64,000 nucleotides of DNA. Origin: Thermodesulfobacteriota bacterium. Its GTDB lineage: Bacteria; Desulfobacterota; Binatia; Bin18. Of the stretch, positions 1-9,883 are shown piece after piece; the first letter of the stretch is position 1; the number at the start of each line of letters is the position of its first letter. The stretch is taken from the NCBI GenBank assembly GCA_964291405.2, contig OZ219926.1, positions 2,208,001 to 2,272,000 of the forward strand, written 5' to 3'. Below the pieces are notes generated by a model. The model was not told where the DNA came from. It did not search any database and saw nothing but the letters and a program-made list of their open reading frames with translations. A program made the translations under genes and the position numbers.

Positions 1-1234
1 TCTCTTCCTCTAAGGCGGGCCGTAAGAAAAAGAGGTCGGGGGAGTGCACTTGGGCCTGGGTTTTGACAGAAGAATCAAGGGCCCACTGCCGGCGCATAAA
101 ATCCGGGCTGAAGAACAGCGCGATCTCCTGAGGCTTCCAGGCGGTTACCCGGTGACTGTCGTTCACAAAATATGTCATCAGGTCATCGGCAATATCCCAG
201 TACACGGTAAACAGTGATCCATATCCCTGTTCCCCCAAACCTGGATTAAAAACCTCGGCCAGCCTGACCTCGATGTGAATGAGCTTGCCGTCGGGACCGT
301 ATTTCTCGATACGCAGGGGGAAAAAAGAATATTCCTCTAGCCAAAACAAGAGCCGCGGCACATAGTAATCGGGCAGCCATTCGGGGCGGGCTCGGGCCTC
401 GACAACATAGCACCGTACCCCACCCTCGGCCGTATAGTGCCGATAGCTGTCTCCCATCAGCTTGAGCTCAGCCGTCTGCCGCTCTTGAAACTGACCGGTC
501 TGCCCGTTCCGTAACATGATGGTGGGGCGCGTCTTGGGAAAGCGCACAGTTTGATACAGAGTATCCAGACCCAGTATCCGCCAGGAAAACTCCCAGGCGT
601 CGCGGCCGTAATTGTCGTCGGGCGTGAGCGCCATATTGGGCACCTTCCCCTGCCGTCGGAGTGGCGCTTCGTGACGCACCCGGCGCTTGGTCGGTGAGTA
701 TCGGAAGCGTTCTTCCTTTTTGATGAATGCCTTGCCCGTGCGATAGCGAACCGAGAGAAATTGCGATCCTTCTGCAGCCGGGGGAGTGGTGCGCTGACTG
801 AGAGAGCGGTAGATTTCTTCGCCGGGCTTGAGGGCGAGTTCCGCCCCCGCACCGGCCGTGCCAGCGTTATAGGCCAGAAAATTGGTGGCACTGCCCGGAT
901 TGAGGAGTATGCCCCGGGTGGAAATCGACGACCACGCCCTGGCAAACACGGCCGACCAACGCGGCCGTGCGGTGAACTCCATGAGCCGATAGCCCATCTC
1001 CTCAGCCGTATAGGGCGGTGTAAAAGGATAGGGCTCAGCCGGCAGATACGGAACCTGAGGATGGCGGGGAGTGTCAACCGCAAGGTCCAGCTTCCGTCGT
1101 TCCTGTGGAGAGAGGTCGGCGACCGTTTTCCAGGTACGGTTCCGGGAGTTGTTCGTCTCTTCAGCAGCAGGGAGACCAGCCCCAAGAGTCAGGATGAAGG
1201 CTGAAAGCAACCAGAAGAACAGGCACGAGACCAT
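1..1234 (-). CDS. Secreted protein, possibly DUF1329/lipoprotein-sorting-like (runs off window edge)
   Basis: Manual translation of the first ~70 codons from ATG 1234: MVSCLFFWLLSAFILTLGAGLPAAEETNNSRNRTWKTVADLSPQERRKLDLAVDTPRHPQVPYLPAEPYPF; signal peptide; absent from the ORF track, consistent with no stop before the window edge; family call tentative. Confidence 0.6.
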   Translation of the reverse strand, partial: MVSCLFFWLLSAFILTLGAGLPAAEETNNSRNRTWKTVADLSPQERRKLDLAVDTPRHPQVPYLPAEPYPFTPPYTAEEMGYRLMEFTARPRWSAVFARAWSSISTRGILLNPGSATNFLAYNAGTAGAGAELALKPGEEIYRSLSQRTTPPAAEGSQFLSVRYRTGKAFIKKEERFRYSPTKRRVRHEAPLRRQGKVPNMALTPDDNYGRDAWEFSWRILGLDTLYQTVRFPKTRPTIMLRNGQTGQFQERQTAELKLMGDSYRHYTAEGGVRCYVVEARARPEWLPDYYVPRLLFWLEEYSFFPLRIEKYGPDGKLIHIEVRLAEVFNPGLGEQGYGSLFTVYWDIADDLMTYFVNDSHRVTAWKPQEIALFFSPDFMRRQWALDSSVKTQAQVHSPDLFFLRPALEEE

Positions 1235-1389
1235 GAGGCGCAATTAAACATAAGACGAAAGAGTTTCATAGCTTTTTATTGGAGCAAACGGGCACTCGGA
1301 AACGCGGCTCCCTCTTGAAAGTTGGGGGGGTCAGCGCTAGCGGGGAAGTATTCACTCGGCAAGTAGCTCAAACGACAGGGAGGCGGCGT

Positions 1390-2592
1390 ATGGAAAATCC
1401 CAGGCAGTATACAGGCTATCAATCCTACCAGTATTTAGACGCGCCGCGCGATTACAAGCGCTTTCGGTTGGCCAAAGAAGTCGGGCGGGTGTCGTCTTCT
1501 CGGATTGCGCTCACGCCGGCTGAGGAAGCGCGAGTGCAGAGCCTATTGGCCGAGAATATTGCCATCTCCATGCACGACCATCCTGTTGTGGTCCCGGAGG
1601 AGATCAACGAGATCTTCGAACAAAAGCGCCTGGGGCGGGACTTCACCGGCTTTCAGGGACTGGCGGCCTCTGGGTTGGACGGCATCTTTGACAATTTGAT
1701 GAACGGTCTGTGTACGATTACCTCGCAGGCTGGCTGGAAGTGGAATGATGTCACCCACGACTTGGGCATGCGTTTGTGCGACCTGGCCCATCAGGATTTT
1801 GTTCTTGTCTGCGACGGCACTCGAGATATTATCGCGGCGCACGAGACCCGGCGACTTGCCCTGGTGCCGACACTTGAGTCCGCAACGCCGATAGAGAACG
1901 AACTGGACCGGCTCGATGTACTGTATGGATTTGGCGTGCGCAGCATGGGCGTCGCCTACAGTGAAGCCAATGCTTTGGGTAGCGGTTTGCGAGAGGGACG
2001 AGATGCCGGACTGACCGATTTTGGGCGCCAGGCAGTCCGGCGTATGAATAAACTTGGCATCCTGATTGATGCGGCCCATTGCGGCGATCAGACGACGTTG
2101 GACATTATTGAGGAAAGCGAACTACCCATCGTGATCTCCCACGCTGGGGCACGGGCATTATGGGACACCCCGCGACTCAAACCGGACCACGTGCTGGAGG
2201 CCATGGCGGCCAAGGGAGGCATACTGGGAATTGAAGCGGCTCCGCATACGACCCTGACCGAGCAGCATCCGCACCACAGTATAGAATCATGCATGGAACA
2301 CTTTGAGTATGCAGTCCGGCTGATCGGCATGGAGCATGTTGGGTTTGGACCGGACACCATGTTCGGCGATCATGTCGGGCTGCACCGGGCCTACGCGGCC
2401 CAACTCTCCGTTGACAAGATACTGGGCAATAAAGCGTTTGATCCGGTCGAGTACGTTGATGGCCTGGAGAATCCTGCCGACTTTCCCAACATCGTACGGT
2501 GGCTGGTCAAACGGGGCTATGCGGATCCAGACATTGCCAAGGTCATAGGCGGCAATGCGCTCCGCGTTCTGAAACAGGTTTGGGTCCGCTAA
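1390..2592 (+). CDS. Membrane dipeptidase (peptidase M19 family)
   Basis: SMHDH, LESATP, IDAAH, ISHAGAR and VGFGPD motifs; GGAGG RBS before ATG 1390. Confidence 0.9.
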   Translation: MENPRQYTGYQSYQYLDAPRDYKRFRLAKEVGRVSSSRIALTPAEEARVQSLLAENIAISMHDHPVVVPEEINEIFEQKRLGRDFTGFQGLAASGLDGIFDNLMNGLCTITSQAGWKWNDVTHDLGMRLCDLAHQDFVLVCDGTRDIIAAHETRRLALVPTLESATPIENELDRLDVLYGFGVRSMGVAYSEANALGSGLREGRDAGLTDFGRQAVRRMNKLGILIDAAHCGDQTTLDIIEESELPIVISHAGARALWDTPRLKPDHVLEAMAAKGGILGIEAAPHTTLTEQHPHHSIESCMEHFEYAVRLIGMEHVGFGPDTMFGDHVGLHRAYAAQLSVDKILGNKAFDPVEYVDGLENPADFPNIVRWLVKRGYADPDIAKVIGGNALRVLKQVWVR

Positions 2593-2611
2593 ATTGAAAT
2601 GTTCACTCCTT

Positions 2612-3193
2612 TCATGAGGGAACTGGGATGGGATTCACGTTCTCTTTTTGGGAGAGGTAATCCCTGCTGAGTAACCCGTACAGTTCGCAATCTTCAAAAA
2701 CCCCCCACTTTTTAACGTGCTCTCTCAAACACCCTTCATAGTGCATGCCAAGCTTCTGCATGACCCGCCCAGAGGCTGGATTACGTTTGAAACAGGCGGC
2801 ATGCAGCCGGTTAAGTCCAAGGACGTCGAACCCATATCTGACCACAGCCTGCGCCGCCTCAGTGCAATAATCACGATTCCAGAAGGGTTTCCCGATCCAA
2901 TAGCCGAGTTCCGCACTGGCATCCTGCTGGGTGAGCTGTAGCCCAATAGAGCCAATGAGCGCCTGATCAGCTCGTAGGATGATGGCAAAGTTGACCCGTT
3001 CACCTTTTTCGTAGCACTCCTGATGGGAAGCAATCCACTGTTCGGCCATGCCCTCTTCGTAGGGATGAGGGATATTCAATGTGGTTGAAGCGATATCCCT
3101 CTCCCCGGCGAGCCGTCGGACATCTGAGGCGTCAGACACAGTGAAAGGCCGTAGAGTCAGACGAGTCGTTTCGAGGGTTGGACGTTCTTTCAT
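2612..3193 (-). CDS. GNAT N-acetyltransferase, RimJ/RimL family
   Basis: MKERPTLETTRLTLRPF...ELGYWIGKPFW...NPASGRVMQKLGM; start reset to ATG 3193. Confidence 0.9.
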   Translation of the reverse strand: MKERPTLETTRLTLRPFTVSDASDVRRLAGERDIASTTLNIPHPYEEGMAEQWIASHQECYEKGERVNFAIILRADQALIGSIGLQLTQQDASAELGYWIGKPFWNRDYCTEAAQAVVRYGFDVLGLNRLHAACFKRNPASGRVMQKLGMHYEGCLREHVKKWGVFEDCELYGLLSRDYLSQKENVNPIPVPS

Positions 3194-3233
3194 TATTCGC
3201 TCATCATGGGACGGCGCTGACAACCCGCCAGGT

Positions 3234-4037
3234 TCAGTGACCGTGCTGGGCGACAAATTCCTCCAGCACCTGGTTAAATTCGAGCGGCCGTTCGATCTCG
3301 TAGCAGTGGCCCACCTCTTTGAGCACGCGCAGTTCGGCCCCGGGAATCCGCTCGGCCAGAAATCGGTTGGCCTCGACTGGGGTGGCCTGGTCTTCCTCGC
3401 CGACCAGGACCAATGTGGGCTGGGTAATCTCCTGTAAGTGGTCTGAGATATCCCATTGCCACACACCGTTGGGATCTTCCAAACAGGCCAGGGCCACCCG
3501 GCGCGGAAAGCCGCCCTCGTTCAGAAAGTTGTGCTTAATCATCTGACACACCTCGGGCCGCTCGGTCCGCGTCTTGACCGAGAAGCAGCGGGTAACCAGG
3601 TTTTCCGCGGCAGCCTCGTAATCGTTCTGGAAGCTGGCAATCAGCTCGGCAGTATCCAAGGTCTGGTGCAGATTGGTCGCACTACTGATGATGACATTCC
3701 CGGCAACCAGGTGCGGATAATCAAGACTCATCTGCATGGCCCGCATCCCGCCCATCGAGTTGCCGACTAGAATGGCGCGATCGATGCCGAGGGCGGCCAG
3801 GACGGCAGCATCGTCGGCCGCCATGTCCTGAATGGAATAGCCCGTGAGCGGCTTGGAGGAGAGCCCGTGTCCGCGCGCCTCAATGACAACGCAGTGGTAT
3901 TTATGGGCCAGGATCGGAGCCTGATAGGCCCAGAGCCAGGCGTTGGCCGAAAAGCCGTGTAAAAAGACCAGGGGAAACCCCTTTCCATAGTGGTTGTAGT
4001 GAATCCGCACTCCCTTTTCCCTTTCAATGTACGGCAT
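3234..4037 (-). CDS. Alpha/beta hydrolase
   Basis: VFLHGF, GNSMGG nucleophile elbow, VGEED, VGH. Confidence 0.9.
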   Translation of the reverse strand: MPYIEREKGVRIHYNHYGKGFPLVFLHGFSANAWLWAYQAPILAHKYHCVVIEARGHGLSSKPLTGYSIQDMAADDAAVLAALGIDRAILVGNSMGGMRAMQMSLDYPHLVAGNVIISSATNLHQTLDTAELIASFQNDYEAAAENLVTRCFSVKTRTERPEVCQMIKHNFLNEGGFPRRVALACLEDPNGVWQWDISDHLQEITQPTLVLVGEEDQATPVEANRFLAERIPGAELRVLKEVGHCYEIERPLEFNQVLEEFVAQHGH

Positions 4038-4095
4038 AGATTTTCTCCTTTCTGTGTGAAAACGGACCGCTCAATGGACCCATTCAGCCAAAGGC

Positions 4096-4245
4096 TCATA
4101 ACTCTGTATCGTCCAGCGGTGGCAATGTTTCGTCCACATCTGGAAACGTGTCGTCAATCGGCTCTAGGGTGGCGAGCAAGGCAAGTAATCCGTCCTTGCT
4201 GGCGGACTCAACAGTTGATTGATCTCCGTCTTTTTTGCGGCTCAT
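4096..4245 (-). pseudogene. Truncated AbrB/VapB-type antitoxin (C-terminal part)
   Basis: MSRKKDGDQSTVESASKDGLLALLATLEPIDDTFPDVDETLPPLDDTEL resembles VapB C-termini; AbrB N-terminus and vapC absent. Confidence 0.55.
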
Positions 4246-4256
4246 AAGCTTTCCCC

Positions 4257-4592
4257 CTATTTCGGCCCCAGCCCTTGTGCGAGCAGAGTCGCGGCCAGTT
4301 GATTCAGGCTGACCCCCTCGCTCGCCGCTCGCTTGGCGAGCCGCATATGTAAGGTCTTGGGAATGCGCTGCACGAATTGTCCGCTGTAAGTTTTTGGCGC
4401 GGGCAGTTCTCCCTTGTCTTCCTGTTCGGCCATTGCCCACGCCGTGAAGGCATCGCGGGCTTCTGCTATGGCTGTGTCGATAGTCTCGCCATCCGCGATA
4501 CAGCCGGGCAAGTCGGGCAGGGTAACCAGATAGCCGCCGCCTTCCTCTTCGGGGATGGGAGCGATATTGATCGCATAGTCCTCAAATCTCAT
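4257..4592 (-). CDS. hicB: HicB-family antitoxin with C-terminal RHH domain
   Basis: GGGYLVTLPDLPGCIADGETIDTA; YSGQFVQRIPKTLH...EGVSLNQL. Confidence 0.92.
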   Translation of the reverse strand: MRFEDYAINIAPIPEEEGGGYLVTLPDLPGCIADGETIDTAIAEARDAFTAWAMAEQEDKGELPAPKTYSGQFVQRIPKTLHMRLAKRAASEGVSLNQLAATLLAQGLGPK

Positions 4593-4820
4593 TGTGCTGC
4601 CTCAATCAGTTCTACCAAATGCCTGATATAGACGGGTTTGATGGGTTTGTGCATGGGAATCGTCAAATGTTGTCCTACTGCGTTCGTGAGAACCGCGTGA
4701 CTCGTTCCTCGTTGACGCACGGCCAAGTGATATGTCCGTGCGACCGTTTTAACATTGTCAGGCGTCCAATCCGCTTTCGGATTAGCTCATGGAGTCGAAT
4801 AATCGCTCGGCTCTAGCCAC
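4589..4820 (-). pseudogene. hicA: Frameshifted HicA-family toxin
   Basis: GTG start MARAERLFDSM, then ATG AGC TAA; shifted frame continues ANPKADWTPDNVKTVA...RGTSHAVL...LTIPMHKPIKPVYIRHLVELIEAAQ; stop overlaps hicB start (ATGA). Confidence 0.8.
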
Positions 4821-4908
4821 AGGCTAAATGATACCGTATGCAGTATCATCGTCAACTGGGACGAATTCGATCCGCACTACCGTCTACCGCACCGGGCCGT
4901 CACCTTCC

Positions 4909-6429
4909 TCACTCCCGGTCCAAAGCCCGGTACTGAATGGCCTGGGCGATATGGGCGCCGGTGATATGGTCCTCGCCGGCGAGGTCGGCAATAGTGCGGG
5001 CGACTTTGAGAATGCGGGTATAGGCGCGGGCGCTTAGCCCCAGGCGTTGCATGGCATTTTCCAGGAGCTTCTCGCCGGCGTCGTCGGGCTGACAATACGT
5101 GCGGATATCCCGGCTGGACATTTGTGCGTTGCAGAAAATCTTGCGCTTCTGAAAACGCTGGAGTTGAATTTCACGGGCACGGTTCACGCGCGTCCGAATG
5201 GTTGCCGAGTCCTCCCCCGTGGCTTTGTCACTCAGTTCTTTATACTTGACCGCCGGGACTTCGACCTGAATGTCGATACGATCCAACAAAGGGCCGGAAA
5301 TCCTGGCCCGATAGCGTTGGACCTGCTGCGGGGAGCAGGTGCACTCGTGCTGCGGATCACCGAAGAAGCCACAACCGCACGGATTCATCGCCGCAACCAG
5401 CATGATGTCCGCCGGATACGTGATGGACCCGACCGCGCGCGAGATCGTGACCCGGGCATCCTCCAGGGGCTGACGCAGGACTTCGAGGACGTTCTTGCGG
5501 AACTCCGGCAGTTCATCCAGAAAGAGCACGCCATGGTGGGCCAGGGAGACCTCACCCGGTTTGGGAACCGTGCCGCCGCCAATCATGCCGGCATCGGAGA
5601 TGGTGTGATGCGGGCTACGGAAGGGCCGGGTTGCAACGAGGGCCTTGCCGTTCAGGCTGCCGGCGACGCTGTGAACCTTGGTCGTTTCAATCGCTTCGGT
5701 CAGGGTCAGCGTGGGCAGCACCGTTGGCAGGCGTCTCGCCAGCATGGTCTTTCCGGACCCCGGCGGACCCACTAACAGCAGGTTATGTCCGCCACTGGCC
5801 GCGACTTCGAGGGCGCGCTTCACGTGCTCCTGACCTTTCACATCGTTAAAATCAACCTCATATGCGGAGTGCCGGGTAAAGAGGGTGTTGACATCAACAG
5901 CGGCCGAGTCGAGTGGACGCTCGCCGTTGAGCAGCAGAAAGGCTTCACTCAGTGTGGACACGCCAAAGACCGCAACCTCGTCAACAACCGCAGCCTCGGG
6001 CGCGTTTTCCGTAGGAACAATCAAGCCCTTGAGCCCCTTCTCCTTTGCCATCACGGCTAAGGGTAAAGCTCCATGGATAGGCTTGACTCGTCCGTCGAGT
6101 GAGAGTTCGCCCAAGATCGCGTAGGAGTGAAGCTGTTCTTTGGTCAGCCAGCCTTCCGCCGCCAGAATGCCGAGGGCAATAGGCAGATCGTAGGCCGCGC
6201 CTTCTTTTTTGACGTCCGCAGGGGCGAGATTAACGGTGATGCGGCGAGCCGGAAATTCGTAGCCGGAATTCTTTATGGCCGAGCGAACCCGGTCTTTGCT
6301 CTCTCGGACAGCCCCCTCAGGAAGGCCGACGGTGGTAAACTGCGGCAAACCCAGTGCCACGTCAACCTCGACCTCAACCAACAACCCATCAATACCGACC
6401 AGAGCCCCGGATACCGCTGTCGCAAGCAT
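4909..6429 (-). CDS. comM: ComM/YifB Mg-chelatase-like AAA+ ATPase
   Basis: [52 protein letters not shown]. Confidence 0.95.
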   Translation of the reverse strand: MLATAVSGALVGIDGLLVEVEVDVALGLPQFTTVGLPEGAVRESKDRVRSAIKNSGYEFPARRITVNLAPADVKKEGAAYDLPIALGILAAEGWLTKEQLHSYAILGELSLDGRVKPIHGALPLAVMAKEKGLKGLIVPTENAPEAAVVDEVAVFGVSTLSEAFLLLNGERPLDSAAVDVNTLFTRHSAYEVDFNDVKGQEHVKRALEVAASGGHNLLLVGPPGSGKTMLARRLPTVLPTLTLTEAIETTKVHSVAGSLNGKALVATRPFRSPHHTISDAGMIGGGTVPKPGEVSLAHHGVLFLDELPEFRKNVLEVLRQPLEDARVTISRAVGSITYPADIMLVAAMNPCGCGFFGDPQHECTCSPQQVQRYRARISGPLLDRIDIQVEVPAVKYKELSDKATGEDSATIRTRVNRAREIQLQRFQKRKIFCNAQMSSRDIRTYCQPDDAGEKLLENAMQRLGLSARAYTRILKVARTIADLAGEDHITGAHIAQAIQYRALDRE

Positions 6430-6485
6430 GCTCTGCTGCTAACGGAAAGAGCACCAGAAATCAATAAACGGGGCCATCCGGCCGA

Positions 6486-6539
6486 AAAGAGGAAACGTGT
6501 CCAGCATCGCATATCTATTGGAAGACACGTTTCCTCTTC
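6486..6539. repeat. 54-bp palindromic element, copy 1
   Basis: AAAGAGGAAACGTGTC...GACACGTTTCCTCTTC. Confidence 0.9.
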
Positions 6540-6614
6540 GTTCCCTTGTCTGACTGCGAAGAGGTGATAGGCTACGCTCCGTACTGAAATATGGATTGAC
6601 CGGAAAAAGGAGGT

Positions 6615-7565
6615 ATGGCTATGGCCCGGATCGGAGTAGTTGCCGCTAATATGTCAGGACTGACGTTTCCCGAGTTGCAGGACTTGGCCAAGAACGCCGA
6701 GGCGGCTGGGTTTGAATCGATCTTTTCACCGGAATTCATGAACGACTCGCTGATGAACTGCCAGATCATGGCCCAGGCCACCTCGCGAATTAAGGTCGGC
6801 ACCTGGATTGCGAATATCTATCTGCGCCACCCCGCACTGTGCGCGCAAACGGCCATCGCGATTGACGACACCTCGCACGGTCGGCTGATTCTGGGTCTCG
6901 GGGTGAGTCACCGGCCCATTGTTGAAGGCCTCTACCAGGAAAAAATGGAAAAACCGCGGACCTTTATGCGCCAGTACATTGGTGCGATCCGCGATATGGC
7001 CGCAGGCAAAGAGCTGCCCGGTATGGCCATGCAACCTCGCGCGGCAACGCATCATGTTCCCATCTATATCGCGGCCCTGGCTCTGGGCACCGCCACCCTC
7101 AGTGGTGAACTGGCCGATGGCGTCATGCTGTATCTTTGTCCCACGAGTCGGCTGCCCACGGCCGTGGCCGCGGTTGAAAAGGGAGCAGCCAAAGCCGGTC
7201 GACCGCTTTCGGACATTGATATTACCACGGGCATTCCATCCTGCATTCACGACGATATGGACGCAGCCATGCAAGCGGCCACGGCCAACCTCGGATTTTA
7301 TGGCGGCCTGCCCTTCTATAACAAGCTGTTTCACGACAGCGGGTTTGAAGCGGAAGCAGCGCAACTCGCAGACGGTCAGGGGCAGGGAGCGACAGACAAT
7401 ATGGCGGACGAACTGTCAGTCATCGGGCCGCCCGCACGCTGCCGGGAACAACTCGCTGCCTTCCGCGAAGCCGGCGTTCAACTGCCGATCCTCAATCCGG
7501 TACCGGTCGGAGACCAGACCTACGCCCAGGCCGTCCAGAAGGCGATTGAGACGTTTGCCCAGTAA
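6615..7565 (+). CDS. LLM-class flavin/F420-dependent oxidoreductase
   Basis: AEAAGFESIF, ATSRIKVGT, RHPALCAQ, GRLILGLGVSH. Confidence 0.88.
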   Translation: MAMARIGVVAANMSGLTFPELQDLAKNAEAAGFESIFSPEFMNDSLMNCQIMAQATSRIKVGTWIANIYLRHPALCAQTAIAIDDTSHGRLILGLGVSHRPIVEGLYQEKMEKPRTFMRQYIGAIRDMAAGKELPGMAMQPRAATHHVPIYIAALALGTATLSGELADGVMLYLCPTSRLPTAVAAVEKGAAKAGRPLSDIDITTGIPSCIHDDMDAAMQAATANLGFYGGLPFYNKLFHDSGFEAEAAQLADGQGQGATDNMADELSVIGPPARCREQLAAFREAGVQLPILNPVPVGDQTYAQAVQKAIETFAQ

Positions 7566-7597
7566 CCTGAATCCTAGGGGCGCGACCTGTCGTGCCC

Positions 7598-8644
7598 CTA
7601 TTGATCATCCGGGATCTCCCACCGTTCGCCAACCGCAAAGATTTTAATAGGATCGAGCGTCCCGCCGGCCTGCTCAACGACCCGCTGAAGTTCTCGGGGC
7701 GGTTCGTCTATGGGCTCGTCGGTGAGCCGAAACGTTCCCCAGTGGCACGGCAGCATCCAGCGCGCCTTGAGGTCCAGAAAGGCTTGATAGGCTTCGGCTG
7801 GATTCAGGTGGGAGTAGTGCATGATCCAGCGGGGCTCATAGGCCCCAATAGGCAGTATGGCCACATCGATCGGACCGAATTTCTTCCCGATCTCGGTAAA
7901 GCCGTGGAAATATCCCGTATCACCGGCGAAGAAATAGGTCCGTTCGGCATTGGCAATGATCCAGCCACACCATAGGGTGGAATCCCGCGCCTGCTCAATG
8001 CGTTGCGACCAGTGTTGCACCGGCACGCAGGTGACCCGCCAGCGACCGTGCTGTGCGCTTTGCCACCAGTCGAGTTCGACCGCTTTTCTTCCCTTTTTTT
8101 CGATCCACTCGCCGAGTCCCAGCGGGACAAACCAAGTCACGGTCCGGGGCAAATGCTCAACCGTATAGGCATCGAGATGGTCATAGTGATTATGGGAGAC
8201 CACGGCAAAAGCGTCGGCGGGAATAGAGGTGATCGGCACGCCGGGCGGATGGAAGCGGGCTGGAATCAACGCCCGCTTGCCAAAATGGGGATCGGTCAGA
8301 AAGACATCCCCCGTGTCATGGACAGCAAAAGTCGAATGGCCTACCCAAGTGACGGAAGCCGAGGTTTCAGGGGTGGTAAACGAGCGGCCATCGTTGTCCA
8401 CCCGGCGAACGAGTGGGGGGTCACGCCACTCGCCGGTATAGGCGCTACGCGAGACCGCCCAGCGGAACAGATCGGTCCAATGCTTGTTTGAAGGGCGCCA
8501 GGGATTGAGCCACGCCCCAGGCTCACCGTGGGCCGCATACAGCAACGTCGGGTCGGGATTCAGTTCGGGCGTGCGGTCCGGGGGAACCGAACAGGAGAGA
8601 GAAAAGAAAACCAAAAGAGTGCTGGAGAAGACACGGATATACAT
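7598..8644 (-). CDS. MBL-fold metallohydrolase (NAPE-PLD-like), probable lipoprotein
   Basis: WVGHST, SHNHYDHLD, FAGDTGY, LPIGAYEP, PCHWGTF; LSC lipobox. Confidence 0.9.
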   Translation of the reverse strand: MYIRVFSSTLLVFFSLSCSVPPDRTPELNPDPTLLYAAHGEPGAWLNPWRPSNKHWTDLFRWAVSRSAYTGEWRDPPLVRRVDNDGRSFTTPETSASVTWVGHSTFAVHDTGDVFLTDPHFGKRALIPARFHPPGVPITSIPADAFAVVSHNHYDHLDAYTVEHLPRTVTWFVPLGLGEWIEKKGRKAVELDWWQSAQHGRWRVTCVPVQHWSQRIEQARDSTLWCGWIIANAERTYFFAGDTGYFHGFTEIGKKFGPIDVAILPIGAYEPRWIMHYSHLNPAEAYQAFLDLKARWMLPCHWGTFRLTDEPIDEPPRELQRVVEQAGGTLDPIKIFAVGERWEIPDDQ

Positions 8645-8740
8645 GAGAGATTCTGCTCTATCCCGCCCTCTCCGAGAAGAAAAGTCCCTGCACCCCTCCT
8701 GTGACCGCTCTCCTCGGAATCCGTCATCAGCAACTTGGTT

Positions 8741-9715
8741 TTATGTCTGATACAGAGACGCCACAAACTCTCCATACCCGTTGTAGGGGAGCGTTGCCTT
8801 GATTTCTCTCGTCCCCAGCACACGCTCGCTCGCCTGGGACCAGCGGGGATGAGGAATGGCGGGATTCACGTTGGCAACAAAGTCGTACTCCCAGGGGATG
8901 AGGGTATTCCAGAAGGTCTTTGGCTGTTCTGCGACAAACTCCAGGCGCACAATCGACTTGATGCTTTTATAGCCATACTTCCACGGCACCACGAGCCGAA
9001 TCGGCGCACCGTGCTGTTTGGTCAGCTCATGGCCGTAGATGCCGGTCACGAACAGGGATAGCTCATTGGTGGCCTCGGCCATGCTGAGTCCTTCGTGATA
9101 CGGCCACGGATAGGTGTCGTTGCGCAGGCCGGGTGCGACCTGTGGATCGTGGAAAGTAACCATGTTCAGATATTTAGCCGAGGCGAGCGGCTGGACAAGA
9201 TCGATCAGCGCCTGAATGGGAAAACCGGTCCAGGGCACGCTCATGGACCAGGCTTCCACGCAGCGGTGCCGGTAGAGGCGCTCTTCCAGTGGCATCTTCC
9301 GCACCAGGTCGTCGATATCGAAGGTCTGGGGCTTGTGGACCAGACCGTTCACCTCTACCTGCCAAGGGCGGGTCTGCCACTGCTCGACCAGGCGCACGAC
9401 CAGCTCTTTGCGCGAACTGAACTCGTAGAAATTATTGTAATTGGCCGCATCCACTTCGGACGTCAACGGTCGGTCCAGGGTAAACTGTTCGTTGCGCTGC
9501 GCCGGGTAGAGGTCGGCGGTGGCGCTTGGTTCGGGCAGGCCGCGAATCTCAGGAGCTTCTTTTGCGCCTGAGCTTTCACACCCGGCAAACGCACCCAGCG
9601 TACTGATACCAGCGATCCCGAGCGCCTGCAGAAAGCTGCGCCGGTTGAGGTAGACATTTTCCGGGGTTGCCGTGCGCTCAGAAATTTCCCAGCCACGAGG
9701 GCTCTGAATCAACAT
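8741..9715 (-). CDS. msrP: Protein-methionine-sulfoxide reductase catalytic subunit
   Basis: Tat motif NRRSFL, YNNFYEF, RHRCVEAWS, GAPIRLVVPWKYGYKSIKSI, HPRWSQASE. Confidence 0.95.
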   Translation of the reverse strand: MLIQSPRGWEISERTATPENVYLNRRSFLQALGIAGISTLGAFAGCESSGAKEAPEIRGLPEPSATADLYPAQRNEQFTLDRPLTSEVDAANYNNFYEFSSRKELVVRLVEQWQTRPWQVEVNGLVHKPQTFDIDDLVRKMPLEERLYRHRCVEAWSMSVPWTGFPIQALIDLVQPLASAKYLNMVTFHDPQVAPGLRNDTYPWPYHEGLSMAEATNELSLFVTGIYGHELTKQHGAPIRLVVPWKYGYKSIKSIVRLEFVAEQPKTFWNTLIPWEYDFVANVNPAIPHPRWSQASERVLGTREIKATLPYNGYGEFVASLYQT

Positions 9716-9883
9716 GTTGTGTCCTTTCTGCTGCGTGCCTGACCTGAGGCCCTCAATCTCACCCCCATCATCGTAGGTGACTGGTGGCGAGAGTCAATCT
9801 GACTAGGCCGTATTGTGAATTATGGGTCGATCAGCCACAATCCAACAGGCTGGCTCTCATGGCGACGACTCTGAGGAGGAGAC

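Noticed and set aside
457-1204. ORF-track entries 457-1185 and 761-1204
   Set aside because: Shadow frames of the minus-strand gene starting at 1234.
8741-9715. msrP without adjacent msrQ (also ispD without ispF)
   Set aside because: Partner genes are often unlinked and cannot be judged from one window.
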